Shown in pieces: positions 37,888 through 52,429 of a DNA stretch of 64,000 bases. The stretch is from Octopus vulgaris (Eukaryota), in the NCBI GenBank assembly GCA_951406725.2, contig OX597821.1:6696001-6760000 (forward strand), given 5' to 3'. Under the pieces are notes generated by a model. That model was not told the origin of the DNA. It saw nothing but the letters and a program-made list of their open reading frames with translations, and searched no databases. A program made the translations under genes and the position numbers. Every line of letters starts with the position of its first letter. Position 1 is the first letter of the stretch.

Positions 37888-40800
37888 GTAAGTTACTACA
37901 CACCATATGAAGAATTTAGTGGAGGTGTTAGGGCTTAGTGGTTAGGGTGTTAGACTCATTATCGTAAGATTGTGGTTTCAATTCCCGGACCAGTGATGCA
38001 TTATGTTCTTGGGCAAAACACTTCATTTCACATTGCTCCACTCCACCCAGCTGGCAAAAACAAGTAATCCTGTGATGGGCCAACATCCTGTCCAGACGGG
38101 GGATATATATGCATTGGGAAGCTGGCCCTATGAGTTGGCATCACTCAGGAAGGAAGCTTTACCTTACTTTTTTATATGAAGAATTTGGTCGAAGGCAAAA
38201 GAGAGATTATTAAACTAATGACTGTGGCTCCAGAGAACCAGTTTTTCTTTTAATATCAGTCCTTACAACATCTATGCTGCCTTTACTGCTGTTTCTCCAG
38301 TGAAACACCCCAGATACATGTATATTTATATATATTACCATCATTACCTACCTGAAACTTTATCTACATTACTATCAGGCTGTTTAGGAATTACAAAGTG
38401 TACTGAGCAGTCTACACCATGCTACATTACCTTTTTCTCAAGGTCAAAAATAATCTGATAGGTTTTGTTGTTTAACAGCAGATCAGTCCTGATTACAAGA
38501 AGCATTCCAACCGCTAGCCTCCCATCTTTTTTTTTTATTTCTAAAAATCCTTTAGTATTTAAATTAGTCATATCAAGTCCAAATATTCTACCAATTCTAT
38601 GTTCAAACCAGCCAAACAATCACCTCATTGACAGTTAGAAACCATGAGGCAATGCATATTAAATTCGAAACAATTTGAGGCTCAGTGGTTAGAGCAATTG
38701 AGCTGAGGATCATGAGGTAGTGAATTCAATTCTTGGACTGGGCTGTGTGTTGTTGAGCAAGACATTTTATTTCACTTTGCTCCAGTTCACTCAGTTGTAC
38801 AAATGAGTTGTGACATCACTGGTGCCAAACTGTGTTGGCATTTGTCTTTCCCTTGGATAACATCAGTGACATGGAGAGGAGAGGCTGGTATGCATAGGTA
38901 ACTGCTGAACTTCTATAAACAACCTTGCCCTTGGAGGGTAACATTCTCGGTACAATCCCATGGTCATTCATGACGAATGGCAGAAGCGGATGTCCTTCAG
39001 ATTCGACTGAGTATTCTGGATGCATATGGGTTAAGGGTTTACCCTAAATCAGCAGTTCCCAAACTTATTTTGTTGTAGAGACCTTGTATGATTTTTCTCA
39101 AAAACTTGTAGAACCCATATCTGTAGAGTACGGGTGACCCCAGCTTTCATAATTTTAATAAAATATTAAATGAAACACCCTGTGGATGACGAATGTGATT
39201 GCTTAATTTAACTGTAAAACTGAAAGTTGCAAACTTCAGAACTTTGGTTGTTACAATAGACAGACCAGTGCAGCACACACAACGAAACAAACTTATCTAG
39301 GAAAATACAACTCTTTTACTTATTTCAGTCATTTGACTGTGGCCATGCTGGAGCACTGTTTTAGTCGAGCATATCGACCCCAGGACTTATTCTTTGGAAG
39401 CCTAGTACTTATTCTATCAGTCTCTTTTGCTGACCCGCTAAGTTACGGGGACGTAAGCACACCACCATCGGTTGTCAAGCAATGTTGGGGGGAAAAACAC
39501 GGACACACAAACATATACACACACATACATATATATATATACATATATAGGATGGGCTCCTTTCAGTTTCCGTCTACCAAATCCACTCACTGAGGCTATA
39601 GTAGAAGACACTCGCCCAAGGTGCTACTCAGTGGGACTGAACCCAGAACCATGTGGTTGGGAAGCAAGCTACTTACACCTGCAAAATTCCACAAAAAAAA
39701 GCAACAGAACATTAATTATGGTAACCATACTCATACAATGCCAAATTAACATGCAAACACACATATCAAAAAAAAGATTAACACATGGCTTGCTACTGGC
39801 ATAAAAAAAAATTTTTTTTAAGTAGTTAACTGTCAAAATTTGATTGTAATAGACAAATGAACATATGATTGCTGATGCTAATGATGAAAGGTATTCTCTG
39901 ACAAGGAAATCTAAATATATTCAATCAATATATAAATGCCAAATATTTTCAATTCAATTCCTGATAATGAGGTTGTGAAGGTCTAGAAACATTGGATATG
40001 GATTTAGGAACTCTACTGTTCCAAACCAATGGCAAAATGGCTAATAAAAAAATATGGAACATATAAAATATATGTAATAAAACTTGAACATAGTCATGCA
40101 TTTAATACATATATAATTATGTAGGTTTGTGTGTAAGTGTTGTGCATGTTCATGCCTCCTTTTCTCAGTATTACATACTAACTGTAAACAAATGCCACCA
40201 TCATACAAGCAGTGTCATCTGTTTGCAATCTTCTGCAAAAACATGTCTGGCTATTGTGCTGTTCATGTTGAAAGAATTAAAAAAGAAAAAATGATGCCTT
40301 GCTTGGAAACAGGTGAGGGATGATGACAGGAAGAACATGGCTATAGAAAAATTTGCCTCAACAAATTGCATCTGACCCATACAGACATGAAAGAGTGGAT
40401 GTTAAAAACAGTGATGTTGATACACATAGATAAAATGATATTTAAACTTGATTAGTATTTCATTTCCATAAGTGCCAAACTTTTTCTTAACAGGGTACTT
40501 AACAGACTAGAAATTAGCCTTAAACTATCACTTTATAATAAATGTATTCTCTAGAATATGTATTGAACAATATGTACTTTGTATGTGATATTCATTGCAA
40601 ACACAAAAATCATATATATATATATATATAGTTGAAATTTACAGAAAATCAAAATGACAGGTGTATGAACAACAAGCAGGTGTATTAGTTTGATGCTTGG
40701 GAATATGAGAAAGACTTCTATGTTTCGAGCCTATGCTCTTCAACAGAAAGGAATATGAGGAAATAAACAGAGAGAGAGAATAAAAAAAGCTTGTGGATTT

Positions 40801-41444
40801 AGTGATATATATATATATATATATATGCAACAAAGCTCCATAAACTAGGAACCCCTAAACAACCCTTACTAGAATTAGAATCCTAAGGAATGCATTATCA
40901 GTATATGGTGAAATATATTCAACAAAACCACGGTAAACCAAGTATCCTTAAATAAGTTTAACTCTGCAGCAATAAGAATTTCAATGAAGGACCAATTAGG
41001 ACCACAAAAACACATGATACAAAGGGTTCACAGTTAACAATAAGATCAGATTTATACGCCTCACCTTCAGCTGCCAAAATGGCTATCATTATAGTTTTGA
41101 CAGGAAATAATAAAATAACAGATGAAACAATGACAGACCAGATAAACAAACCGTAGGAATTAACAACTTCAGTTCTATGTTGTACTTAAGATGGAATGTG
41201 GCATCTCTTTCTCTTCCTCATAGTTGCCTATATATTATGCCATCTTTCTTTTTATCCAACTCTTAGACAATGAGAATGTTTAATTCTTGTGAAATACAAA
41301 ATTTTCTTTCCTGCTATTCTATTTTTTGGCTATTTCCTTTTTATAGCTTAAAAAATTAATGATTAAAAAAAATACAACATGGCTGCCATCATCATCATCA
41401 TAATCATCATCATCATCATTATATTATCATCATCATCATCATCA

Positions 41445-41506
<62 letters not shown>

Positions 41507-41559
41507 TCTTTTCATTTCGCTTTGCTGAATCTCAGTATGTTTTAGAAGGCAATTTTGTT

Positions 41560-42110
41560 TTTTCAACTGACAAAACTGTCCCATGTAAAATATTGATCAA
41601 CATGTAGCATCACATCATGTGACAATATTGTGTCAAACTGAGGTGTAACATGTAATGTGACAGGCAACACGTTTTCATTGACAGAGGCGCAACATCACAC
41701 ATGACAGTATTGTGTATTTACAGCATTGTGTAACATCACCTCATGTAACAACACTGTCTCACTGACTGAAGAGTGACATCACAAATCACGTGACAACAGT
41801 TTCATAGAGGGATAGCATCACATCTCATTCGACAACACCTTGTTGCTAACTGAGGAGTCATGTCACATATTTGTGACAGTGTTGTATCACTAACTGATGT
41901 GTAACATCATATCTCATGACAACCCTGTTGCACTGGTTGAAGAGTAAAATCACTCCACATAACAATATGATAATACTGTCATATTGATTAAGAAGTAACT
42001 GCCTCCTGTGCCATGGCACTGTCTATTCAAGAGAAGAGTAACATCTCATCGTCGCATGTAACAACATTATGTCACTAAACTGAGGCTTAGTATCACATCA
42101 TGGCAAATGC
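41560..42110 (+). repeat. Degenerate minisatellite of about 40 bp
   Basis: Recurrent taacatcacatcatgtgacaa...tgtcactgactgag-like units. Confidence 0.75.
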
Positions 42111-42679
42111 CTCCGCCATAACATTCCCTAGGGAATAAAATCAGGTGACATTATAAAGTTATCTCAAGGCAGTGAACTGGCAGAACTGTTTGTATGTTGG
42201 ACGAAATGGTTAGCGGTATTTCGCCTGTTGTTGCTATGTTCTGAGTTCAAATTCTGCCAAGATTGACTTTGCCTTTCATCCTCTCGGGGTCAGTAAATTA
42301 AGTATTAGTTGAGTACTGAGGTCGATGTAGTCAACTTAACCCCTCCCCCAAAATTTCAGGCCTCATGCCTATAGAAGAAAGGATTATGAAGTTATCTCCT
42401 TATCTCTATAAAACACTGACTGATAAGGGAGTACATTGTCAGAGTCTAAACCTTTGACCGACACAGTTTAAGGTTTAAGCATGCATGAACCTTAGACTAT
42501 GTTTGTGCATTCTAACCCTTAGACTGTGGTCAGAGAAGAGTGGGCAGATATGATCTGATAGTGACTTGTCATTGGTTCTCAATATTCTTTTCTACTCTAG
42601 ACATAAATCTTAAAAGTTTTGGGGAGGAGGCCAGTCAATTAGATCGACTCCAGTATGCAACTGGTACTTAATTTATCCC

Positions 42680-42872
42680 GCTAGGTGCAGGTCATCAGCC
42701 TGCGTCTGTCACGTCCCTGCCCTTTGTACACACCACCCATCGCTACTACCGATTGAATGGTCTGGTGAGGTCCTTGTATCTGGCCAATGAGTCCGCTTAC
42801 ACACAGCGGCGTTCCGCGCCGTCGTCAGCACGTTCTCTGATGGCCTGGCGAAGACGACCGAACCCAATCACT

Positions 42873-42903
<31 letters not shown>

Positions 42904-42930
42904 ATAGGCGAACCTGCGGAAGGATCATTA
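42680..42930 (+). pseudogene. 18S rRNA 3'-end fragment (rDNA pseudogene), followed by about 40 bp probable ITS1
   Basis: cgtccctgccctttgtacacacc(a)ccc(a)tcgctactaccgattgaatgg and tagaggaagtaaaagtcgtaacaaggtttcc(a)tagg(c)gaacctgcggaaggatcatta are the eukaryotic SSU 3' motifs, with substitutions at conserved sites. Confidence 0.93.
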
Positions 42931-44322
42931 CTGCCACCCCGATCAATCATTGCCGCTGGATCGCTCGCTCAAACATAACTCCTTAGTTAGCAACAAGGTG
43001 TTTTGAATGAGATGTGATGCTATCTTTCAATGAAACTGTTGTCACATGTTTTGTGATGTCACTCTTCAGTCAGTTAGACAGTGTTGTAATATTTGATGAA
43101 AGGCAAAGTTGACCTCGGTGGAATTTGAACTCAGAATGTAACGGCAGACGGAATACCTCTAAGCATTTCGCCCGGCGTGCTAGCGTTTCTGCCAGCTTGC
43201 CACCTTCCTGTGGCTTAATAATGACAACAACCTGTTGAAAGTGACAAATCAAATATCTAACATATTAGTCACATGATTTGTCAAAACTGACCTCCAAAAT
43301 AAAACATCAAATGATTAAAAGATGCTCTTGTATCAGTCAAATGACCAATGAAAACGTTACCTCACTGACTTCAAAGCATTCATACATGCAGAGCTGGATT
43401 AAGATTGTGTAGACCCTCGCATTACAGATAATGTGAACCAAACGTCCACCCTCGCCCCTCATCACTTGTAATATTTTTAGAAATTTCACACTCTGTTTTA
43501 GACCCTCCACCTGACAGAGTCTCATCTGCTGCAATCTCTTATAAAGTCCTTAATCTGCTACTGCATCACTGCCTGCACTTTTTGTTATTTTACAAATATT
43601 ACCAAATATTCTTCGCTTTATATTAGTCTGCTATAAATTTGTACTCAGTTTCTTTATTTCAAAATAATTACCTGACTCTTGCTCTCAAAGAAGAAAAACA
43701 AAAAACAAACATTTTCTTTTTTGAAAAATTAATATTTCCTGTTCTTTCTATTTGTCTAAGTTTAATGTTTTTATCATATGGTCATGTTTTCTTAAAAAAT
43801 TTCCTGAATTATAGGAATAAATACATTATAAAATAATATTTTCTTATATTTTCCATTGTGTTGCTAATGAGTTTATTAATTCTAATTAAGATATGAATGA
43901 AACATAAATTTGTCCTGCTTTCGGTTATTAGGTTTACATTCTCTTTCTAGGAAATTTAATCCCTTCGATTTACTTTAAACTAAAAACTAAATATATTTTT
44001 ATATTTAGGTTAAAATAGATTCTGTTTCATTGTCCGAATTTCTGATAAATTCCAATTTTCAAAATTTGATAATCGAAATGAAATGTCTACCTAATAACAA
44101 CCAATGTATTTTTTTTTCCTTTTTGTAAATATCTTTTCTGTGTTTAAAATTTATAAAACTACAAAATGCCATCAATCTTATCAATTTGGGAGTCAAAACA
44201 AGTCAAGGGCACAAACCCTTCTGTCTAATTTCTAAAAACGAAAACAAAATAAGATTTACTTTATATTATTTTTTTCCCAAAATAAGGTTTGGTATCCTTT
44301 ATAATATAATAAATCTTAGCTG

Positions 44323-44356
<34 letters not shown>

Positions 44357-44361
44357 TATAG

Positions 44362-45325
<964 letters not shown>

Positions 45326-47529
45326 GTTAATTTCTCGAGCAAGCTATTCCATTGATCATATCAGCTGAGATCCATGTTGTCATAACTGATGGAGTGCTCC
45401 TTATATATATATATAAATACATACATACATTAATGTCCATTTTTCCATGTTGGCATGGGTTGGATGGTTTGACCTGAGCTGGCAAGCTGGAGAGCTGCAG
45501 CAGGTTCCAGTCTGCTTTGGCTTGGTTTCTATGACCAGATGCCCTTCCTAATGCCAACTAATTTACAGAGTGTACTAGGTGCATTTAATGTGACACTGGC
45601 AGAGGGCTCTTGCAGGTCAAGGGAGCAACACTTCTGCCGTGGAGGACAGGTCCTCTTGAATAAAGCAAGACCCCACCAGATATCTCATTCCTTTGTCATC
45701 TCCTCCATAAGGTTCAGTGTCCTGAGTGGGTGCTGAAATGTTCCTGGCTTTGGGTAAAAGAAAATATAGGAGGATCAGTTAATTATGATTTTATTCAACA
45801 TATTCCCCTCTCAGATTCTCAGCCACTTATTGCAGCTGTACTTCAGTTCTACTAAGCCCTGTAAAACAACCCAAAAGGTCAGGCCTCTAATCAAGCCTTT
45901 TATGATACCCTTAAAGCCAGAAACTTTTCAGCTTCTCCTCATGTATATATATATATATAACGATATCATGTATATGATATTGTTGGCCTGATCAAAAATT
46001 AAAGCACTCATCTGAAAGTATAGTATATAATATATAAGAAAAACATGTTTCCTGTTTGTAGGCAGGTAGAATCTCACGGTGGTGGTTGTGAAACTCAGCC
46101 ACGTAGCTGAAGGAAAATAATTTTTTTCTCTCTACATCACACATTACAAGCCACTTTTCTGTTGCCCACATGTATGCCACATGTGCTCTGTAGATATGCT
46201 GCAACTTTTTGAGGCTTGCTAAAAATGCCAGGATATTTAGAGAACTTGAGTTTTTCTAATGCAACTTTGTGGCAAAGTGCAATGCATACGTTTATTTCTA
46301 TTTCAAAACAATCTTAAGCCTCATTTTTATTGTTATGTAAGAAAGAATTTAAGAAGATGATAACATGCCATCCTCCTTATCACCTTATTCAGTCAGTCAT
46401 GGGTTAAAAAGAAAGATTGAAAATCTTTGCTTTTGTGTATTATAATATTTTTGTTTATTTCTCTTCTCCCCATTTTGCATTTGGATAAGGTATGTATGAA
46501 ACAGAATCAAAGAAGGAGTATGAACTTCATTTTGATCTTATCCTTCCCACTTGAATTCCACTTTGTAAAAATACATCAAGTTTATCACTTTGAAATTTAA
46601 GAATCAAGAATCTGGAAATAGCACAAATTTTTATTCCTGGGTGAATAAACTCTGAAAATTATAAAGTTTGCAATAAAGTTTGAGGGCAATGAGACTTTAT
46701 CAAATGATTTACCTCATGTATGTGTTTGTTATTATTTACACTACATTTTGTTTGGTACATTCTCCAATCACCATCAGGTGCTATTTATACTCCTGCATAA
46801 AGTTTGGGTTTAACTGTTTTAATACCGACTTACCTTTTATGACCTCTGGTTCTATGTTACAAGCCTCTCTGTTTTAAAGGATCTAATTTAAATTAAAAAT
46901 TCCTAACAAAATTTAATGTAAAAAAATATATTCCTAATGGAAAATTCTATATAATCATTTTACTTGCTAGAATTAGCAGCCAAATCTTTCTTACAATCTT
47001 TTTTAAAAGAGGATACATTCAATAATAGTCCTAGATACACTGTGTCTGAATAAAAGTCAGGATGGCCACAATACAAGAACTTCCTGTTTTAAATTTTTCA
47101 TATTTAATTTCATATTTAATCTAAAAGTTTCTCTAAAGGAAACCTCTCAGTGGTTGCTTGACCTGCTAGAAATAATAGCAAAATTTTTCTCAAATCACAA
47201 CCTGCTGTGATTTTTAAAGCGGAAACTAGCTTTAAACAATCACAAGCACCCCTAAATGAAATAAGTCAACTATTTTACTAACTCCAATTCTATGAGCAGT
47301 TCAAAGTTCCAAAATGGATTCAAAATCAGGCTGTATATTTCATTAAAAATATGGTTACAAAATGATTAAATGTTTGATATCTACTAGGCAGCTATCATGT
47401 AACAACAAGTATTTCATTGCTACCTAGTGATAAATCCCCTCAACAATTAAACAAAACATAAACGAGGTATTTCTATGAATGGTGTGAAATGTAATTATTC
47501 TTGACCAAGTTGTTGTTTTATTGTTTCAG

Positions 47530-47611
47530 TTACTTGCTGAGATGTCACCAAGTGGCACAGTAAGTCGACGTAACACTGTCACACTTGGTGATGACAGTGC
47601 ATTTGGATCAG
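47530..47611 (+). CDS. Exon of PEAK1/PRAG1-like pseudokinase gene (LLAEMSPSGTVSRRNTVTLGDDSAFGS)
   Basis: ttgtttcag| acceptor and g|gtcagt donor; phase 1 end matches the phase 1 start of 52865. Confidence 0.65.
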
Positions 47612-47679
47612 GTCAGTCATTTACTCAAAATCTTGTTGTTGCTGTTGTTATTGTATTATTATTATTATTATTATTATTA

Positions 47680-47730
<51 letters not shown>

Positions 47731-47733
<3 letters not shown>

Positions 47734-48815
47734 GTTTAACTTTTGCTTTGTATTTGTACAAGTTGACTCCAAGTCTCACCCAAAGACCTTAAGAGAAAAC
47801 AAGTCAGAAGTTCATGTTAGTGTTATGCCTAGGGTGTCATATATTTGGTTTTGCATATAGTATTGTTCTAGAGAATGTTTAAGAAAATTATGAGTTTGTT
47901 TTAAAATTTAAGATTACATCGACAGTATTTTACATAGGATATGGGCAGTACCCATGTGCACTATCTTTTGAATTTCTGCCATTTGGGGATACCTGGTACC
48001 TGAGGTAGGTAGGAATCAGCCCATTTTGCTATCATTCCTAGGGCACCTATGACAACTGGTATTGTTTTTGTCTTGAGGTATCACTTTTTACCAATTTCTA
48101 TTTCAAGATCTTTATACTTGCTAAGTTTTTGGTAGCTCTTGACAGATACATCTATGTCAATTGGGACAGTCATATCAATGAGGAGGCATGATTTTTGTCT
48201 GAAGTCTTTCAATATAATGTCTGACCTATTTGCATCTATCTGTCTATCTGTTTGAATGGTGAAGTTCCAGAGGAATGAGATGTGATCATTTTCAAGCATT
48301 ATAGGTGGTTTGTTTTCCCACCAGTTTTTATCATGGGGCAGGTCCAAGTTTTTACAAATTACTCAGTGAATATATTGTGCTGCTCTATCATGCCTGTTGA
48401 GATACTCTGTAGGAACAAAAAGACTGCGCATGGAGACAACATGATCAATGGTTCGATTTTGTTGTTTGCATACACGACATGTTGGGTTACATCCATTCTT
48501 TAATATGTTGGCCTGGTAGTTACTTGTAAGTAGGCATTCATCTTGGGCTGCTATGATAAACCCTTCTATTCCTGATTTTAAGCCAGAAGACACTAACTAT
48601 TGATGGGTAAGGGCTTTATCAACATCAGCACTATTAGCTCTCTTTGGGTATTTGCTGTTAAGAAGTTTTTCTTGCCATTTATCAGTAAGAATATCATAGG
48701 CAACAGTTTTAGCATGGGTTTTCATGCGCTTAGCTTTTTCTGTACTTGTTTCCGTTACATCTAATTCTGGAATTTGTTGTATTTGGAATTCACTTAGGTA
48801 TTCCTTTGCCTGTTT
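47731..48815 (-). mobile_element. R4/Dong-clade non-LTR retrotransposon 3' fragment (zinc knuckle and restriction-like endonuclease), decayed
   Basis: EGFIIAAQD, CRVC...TIDHV, YLNRHD, LWNFTIQTD..IDANRSDI...LIDMTVP...KLSKYKDLEIEI; the 3' end runs into (TAA)n at 47655-47730. Confidence 0.85.
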
Positions 48816-48844
48816 TGTTTTGTTTTGTATTAATATTATTATTA

Positions 48845-49403
48845 CTGAGTGAGAGAGCGGGTCATGCCATCAAAGTGACACTGGGGTAAAATATACGAAG
48901 CCCGGTATACCCATCATGACTACCCGTCTGATAAGGGTACACCAGGCACATGCATCACAACCATATGTGCGCGACATGGTGATCTCATATCAAGATAAAC
49001 AGCACATGACTTTGCAGGTGGGGCCCAGTTAGAATTTTCTTCAGGTTGAGTAGCCCATCCCGCTCAAAAGGTCCCTGAATAAGGTCTGTTTAAGGATGTT
49101 GAATGAAACACCCATGTTTCCAGAGGTGAATTATTCACACCCCAAAGAATCCCTCTCAACACATGGCTATGATGCTCCCCTACCACTTCTGCTTGTGATC
49201 AGAGATGCACATAACGTCAGCCACTAAGGGACATGCTCAACTGGTTAAGGTCAAACAACTGACAAGCAAATCTGTGGTATTGAGCAGAATATTTGCTGTA
49301 GTCCATCTTTTATACCAAGACAAAACAATGTGCATGATAACACTTCCAATCAGTTAAGATCAGGGGCCATGAGAGCCACTGCCTGGTACTGCATCAGGGC
49401 ATT
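48845..49403. mobile_element. Non-coding element of about 560 bp bounded by (TTA)n on both sides
   Basis: Higher-GC block with sharp ends in attatt repeats, adjoining the Dong fragment; family not identified. Confidence 0.45.
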
Positions 49404-50789
49404 TATTATTATTATTATAATTATTATTATTATTATTATTATTATTAACCCCTTTGTTACCAACTAGGCTGAAACCGGCTCTGGTTCTGAGTACAAATGT
49501 CTTGTTTTCATAAGTTTTGAATTAAAATCTTCCACCAAACCTTAGTCAAGTACCAGTCAAATACTGGGGTCAATGTAATCAACCAGTCCCCTCCCACCAA
49601 AAATTTCAGGCCTTGTGCCTTTAGTTGAACATATTATTATTATTGTTTTTAAGATGGCAGTGAGCTGGCAGAATCATTAGCTCACCGAGCATAATGCTTA
49701 GCGGTATTTTGTCTGTCTTTATGTTCTGAGTTCAAATTCTGCCAAGGTCAACTTTGCCGTTCATCCTTTTGGGGTCAATAAATTAAATACCAGTGAAACA
49801 CTAGGGTCAATGTAACCGACTAGTCCTCTCCCCCCAAATTTCAGGCCTTGTGCCTATAGCAGAAAGGATTATTATTATTATTATTATTATTATTGTTATT
49901 ATTATTAACCCCTTTGTTACCAACTAGGCTGAAACCGGCTCTGGTTCTGAGTACAAATGTCTTGTTTTCATAAGTTTTGAATTAAAATCTTCCACAATTT
50001 ATGTTCCTAACACTAGTTTAATGATAACCAAGTTATTTTACTAAATTCTTTGTTACATTTAAAGTAATTGAAAGAAACACAGAGCATCTCAAAATAAATA
50101 CAGTAACATCATCATCATCATCATCATCATCATTTAGCGTCCGCTTTCCATGCTAGCATGGGTTGGATGGTTCAACTGGGGTCTGTGAAGCCGGAAGGCT
50201 TCATCAGGCCTAGTCAGATCTGGCAGTGTTTCTACAGCTGGATGCCCTTCCTAATGCCAACCACTCCATGAGTGTAGTGGGTGCTTTTTATGTGCCACCC
50301 GCACAGGTGCCAGACGGAGCTGGCAAACGGCCACGAACGGATGGTGCTTTTTATGTGCCACCGGCACGGGGGCCAGGCGAGGCTGGCAATGGACACGAAC
50401 TGATGGTGCTTTTTACGTGCCACCGGCACGAGGCCAGTCGGGGCAGAGCTGGCAACGGCCACGAACGGATGGTGGTGCAGACGAGTCTGGCAGACGGCCA
50501 CGAAAGGGTTAAAGTAGTGAACTGGCAGAGTCCTTAGCATGCTGGGTGGAATGCTTAGCAGCATTTCATTTGTCCTTACGTTCTGAGTTCAAATTCCACC
50601 AAGGTCGACTTTGCCTTCCATCCTCTCAGGCCTGCTAAAAAAAAGGTACCAGCTGAGCACTGGTGGGGTCGATGTAATCAACTTCGTCCCTCACCCAAAC
50701 TTGCTGGCCTTGTGCCAAAATTTGAAACAATTATCGTTATTTGTAAGATTTCGCTGCACAAACAAATGCAGCTGTGTTCGTTGCTTTGG

Positions 50790-51062
50790 CTCTGTGCTGT
50801 GTTTTGTTTGGTTGTTTGTATGGCACCTATTTTTATACATAGCATATAGATGTGCAAGTCTGGTAGGTCCCCAGACAATTGTTTTCATAGGGATTGTTTC
50901 TGTTTTTCAGCCTACACCCCATGTATTTGGGTTATCTCTATTTCTAGATCTTTATATCTTGATAATTCTCCCATTTCTTTGAACTGATTCCACTTCTTGT
51001 CATGCCTCATTGAATACACCAAGTGAAAATCTTGAATATTCACTGAAACATTACCTTTGGAC
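50790..51062 (-). mobile_element. Second, highly decayed R4/Dong endonuclease fragment
   Basis: ELSRYKDLEIEI...KTETIP similar to KLSKYKDLEIEI in 48081-48347. Confidence 0.6.
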
Positions 51063-51077
51063 AATATATATACATAC

Positions 51078-51144
<67 letters not shown>

Positions 51145-51172
51145 CGTGTGTGTGTGTATATATATATATATA

Positions 51173-52429
51173 TTGGATTATCTAGAAAGTTCATGCCTAT
51201 TTTTAGTCGTTCATGATCCAACACATTAGAACACATCAAATTTATCAGCACAAATAAGATGCTTACATTTCCGGTTAGTGCACTCTTCAAACTATCTCTT
51301 CAGAAAGAAAGTTTTAAATTACTTAATTCGTGTCAACTTTGCATCCCTACTGAAATGGAAAATTCTAAGGTGCATTTTAGACACTTGATGCTTTTTTTTA
51401 TTAATGTAAAGACAAAAATGCCTTGCAAGCAGCAAAAAAGATATGTGCTGTGTACGGTGAAGGTGCTTTAGCTGACAGAACTGTACAGAAGTGGTTTGCT
51501 AAGTTTAGAGTTGATGATTATAGCCTTATTGATGAAGAATGCTCCGGCAGGCCACACCCACTTCAGATGACAAATCAAGACATTAATTGAGAATGATCTG
51601 CATTACACAATGTGGGAATTGGCAGACTAAATTTATCAAAATCCACCATCCATGAGCACTTAGTAAAGCTTGGGTACTCAAATCTCTAGGATGTTTGGGT
51701 ACCACATGATCTGAGTGAAAAGAATCCTTTGGATCACATTTCTGTCTGTGATCTGCTGTATAAATGCAATGAAAATGCACCCTTTTTGAAGCAAATTGTG
51801 ATTGGTGATGAGAAATGGATTGTTTACAACAATGTTTAGCAAAAAAGATTCTGGGATAAACAACATCAACTACCTTTAGCCACCCCAATTGAAGGTCTTC
51901 GTCCTAAGAAAGTCATGCTCTGCCCTTGGTGGGATTGGAAAGGAATCCTGTATTATGAGCTTCTGCCAAGTAACCAGTCAATTAATTCTGAGAAGTACTG
52001 TTCACAACTGGATGATTTAAAGGCTACAATTCAGGAAAGGTGTTGTTTTCCATCAGGATAATGCCAGACCTCACGTTTCTTTGGCAACCCGTCAAAAATT
52101 GTCGCAGTTTAGCTGGGATGTGTTACCTCACCTGCCATATTCACCAGGCATTGCCCCTTCATATTTCATTTATTCAGATCCTTGCAAAATAATCTGAATG
52201 GTAAAAATTTTAATTCTTTGGAGGACATAAGAAAACCCCACCTTAATGAGTTCTTTGCCAAGAAACCACCAAAATTCTGACAAGACGAAATCTTTAAGGT
52301 GAAGGAAAGAGGGAGAAAGGTTGTGCAACAAAACGGTTCATATTTACTTGAATAAATATTTAATGGCATAATTTTGTTTTGTTTTTTAATTTCCCTTAAA
52401 AATTGGCATGAACTTCCCAGACAAACCGA
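51173..52429 (+). mobile_element. Full-length but inactivated mariner transposon (about 1.26 kb)
   Basis: TIRs ttggattatctagaaagttcatgcctatttt / aaaattggcatgaacttcccagacaaaccga within TA; transposase remnants MENSKVHFRHLMLF, IVIGDEKWIVYNN, KKVMLCPWWDWKGILYYELL, FHQDNARPH, HLPYSPGIAPS with stops and frameshifts. Confidence 0.92.

Noticed and set aside
42680-42930. Functional rRNA gene
   Set aside because: Only about 250 bp of the 3' end, mutated at conserved sites, with no 5.8S or 28S.
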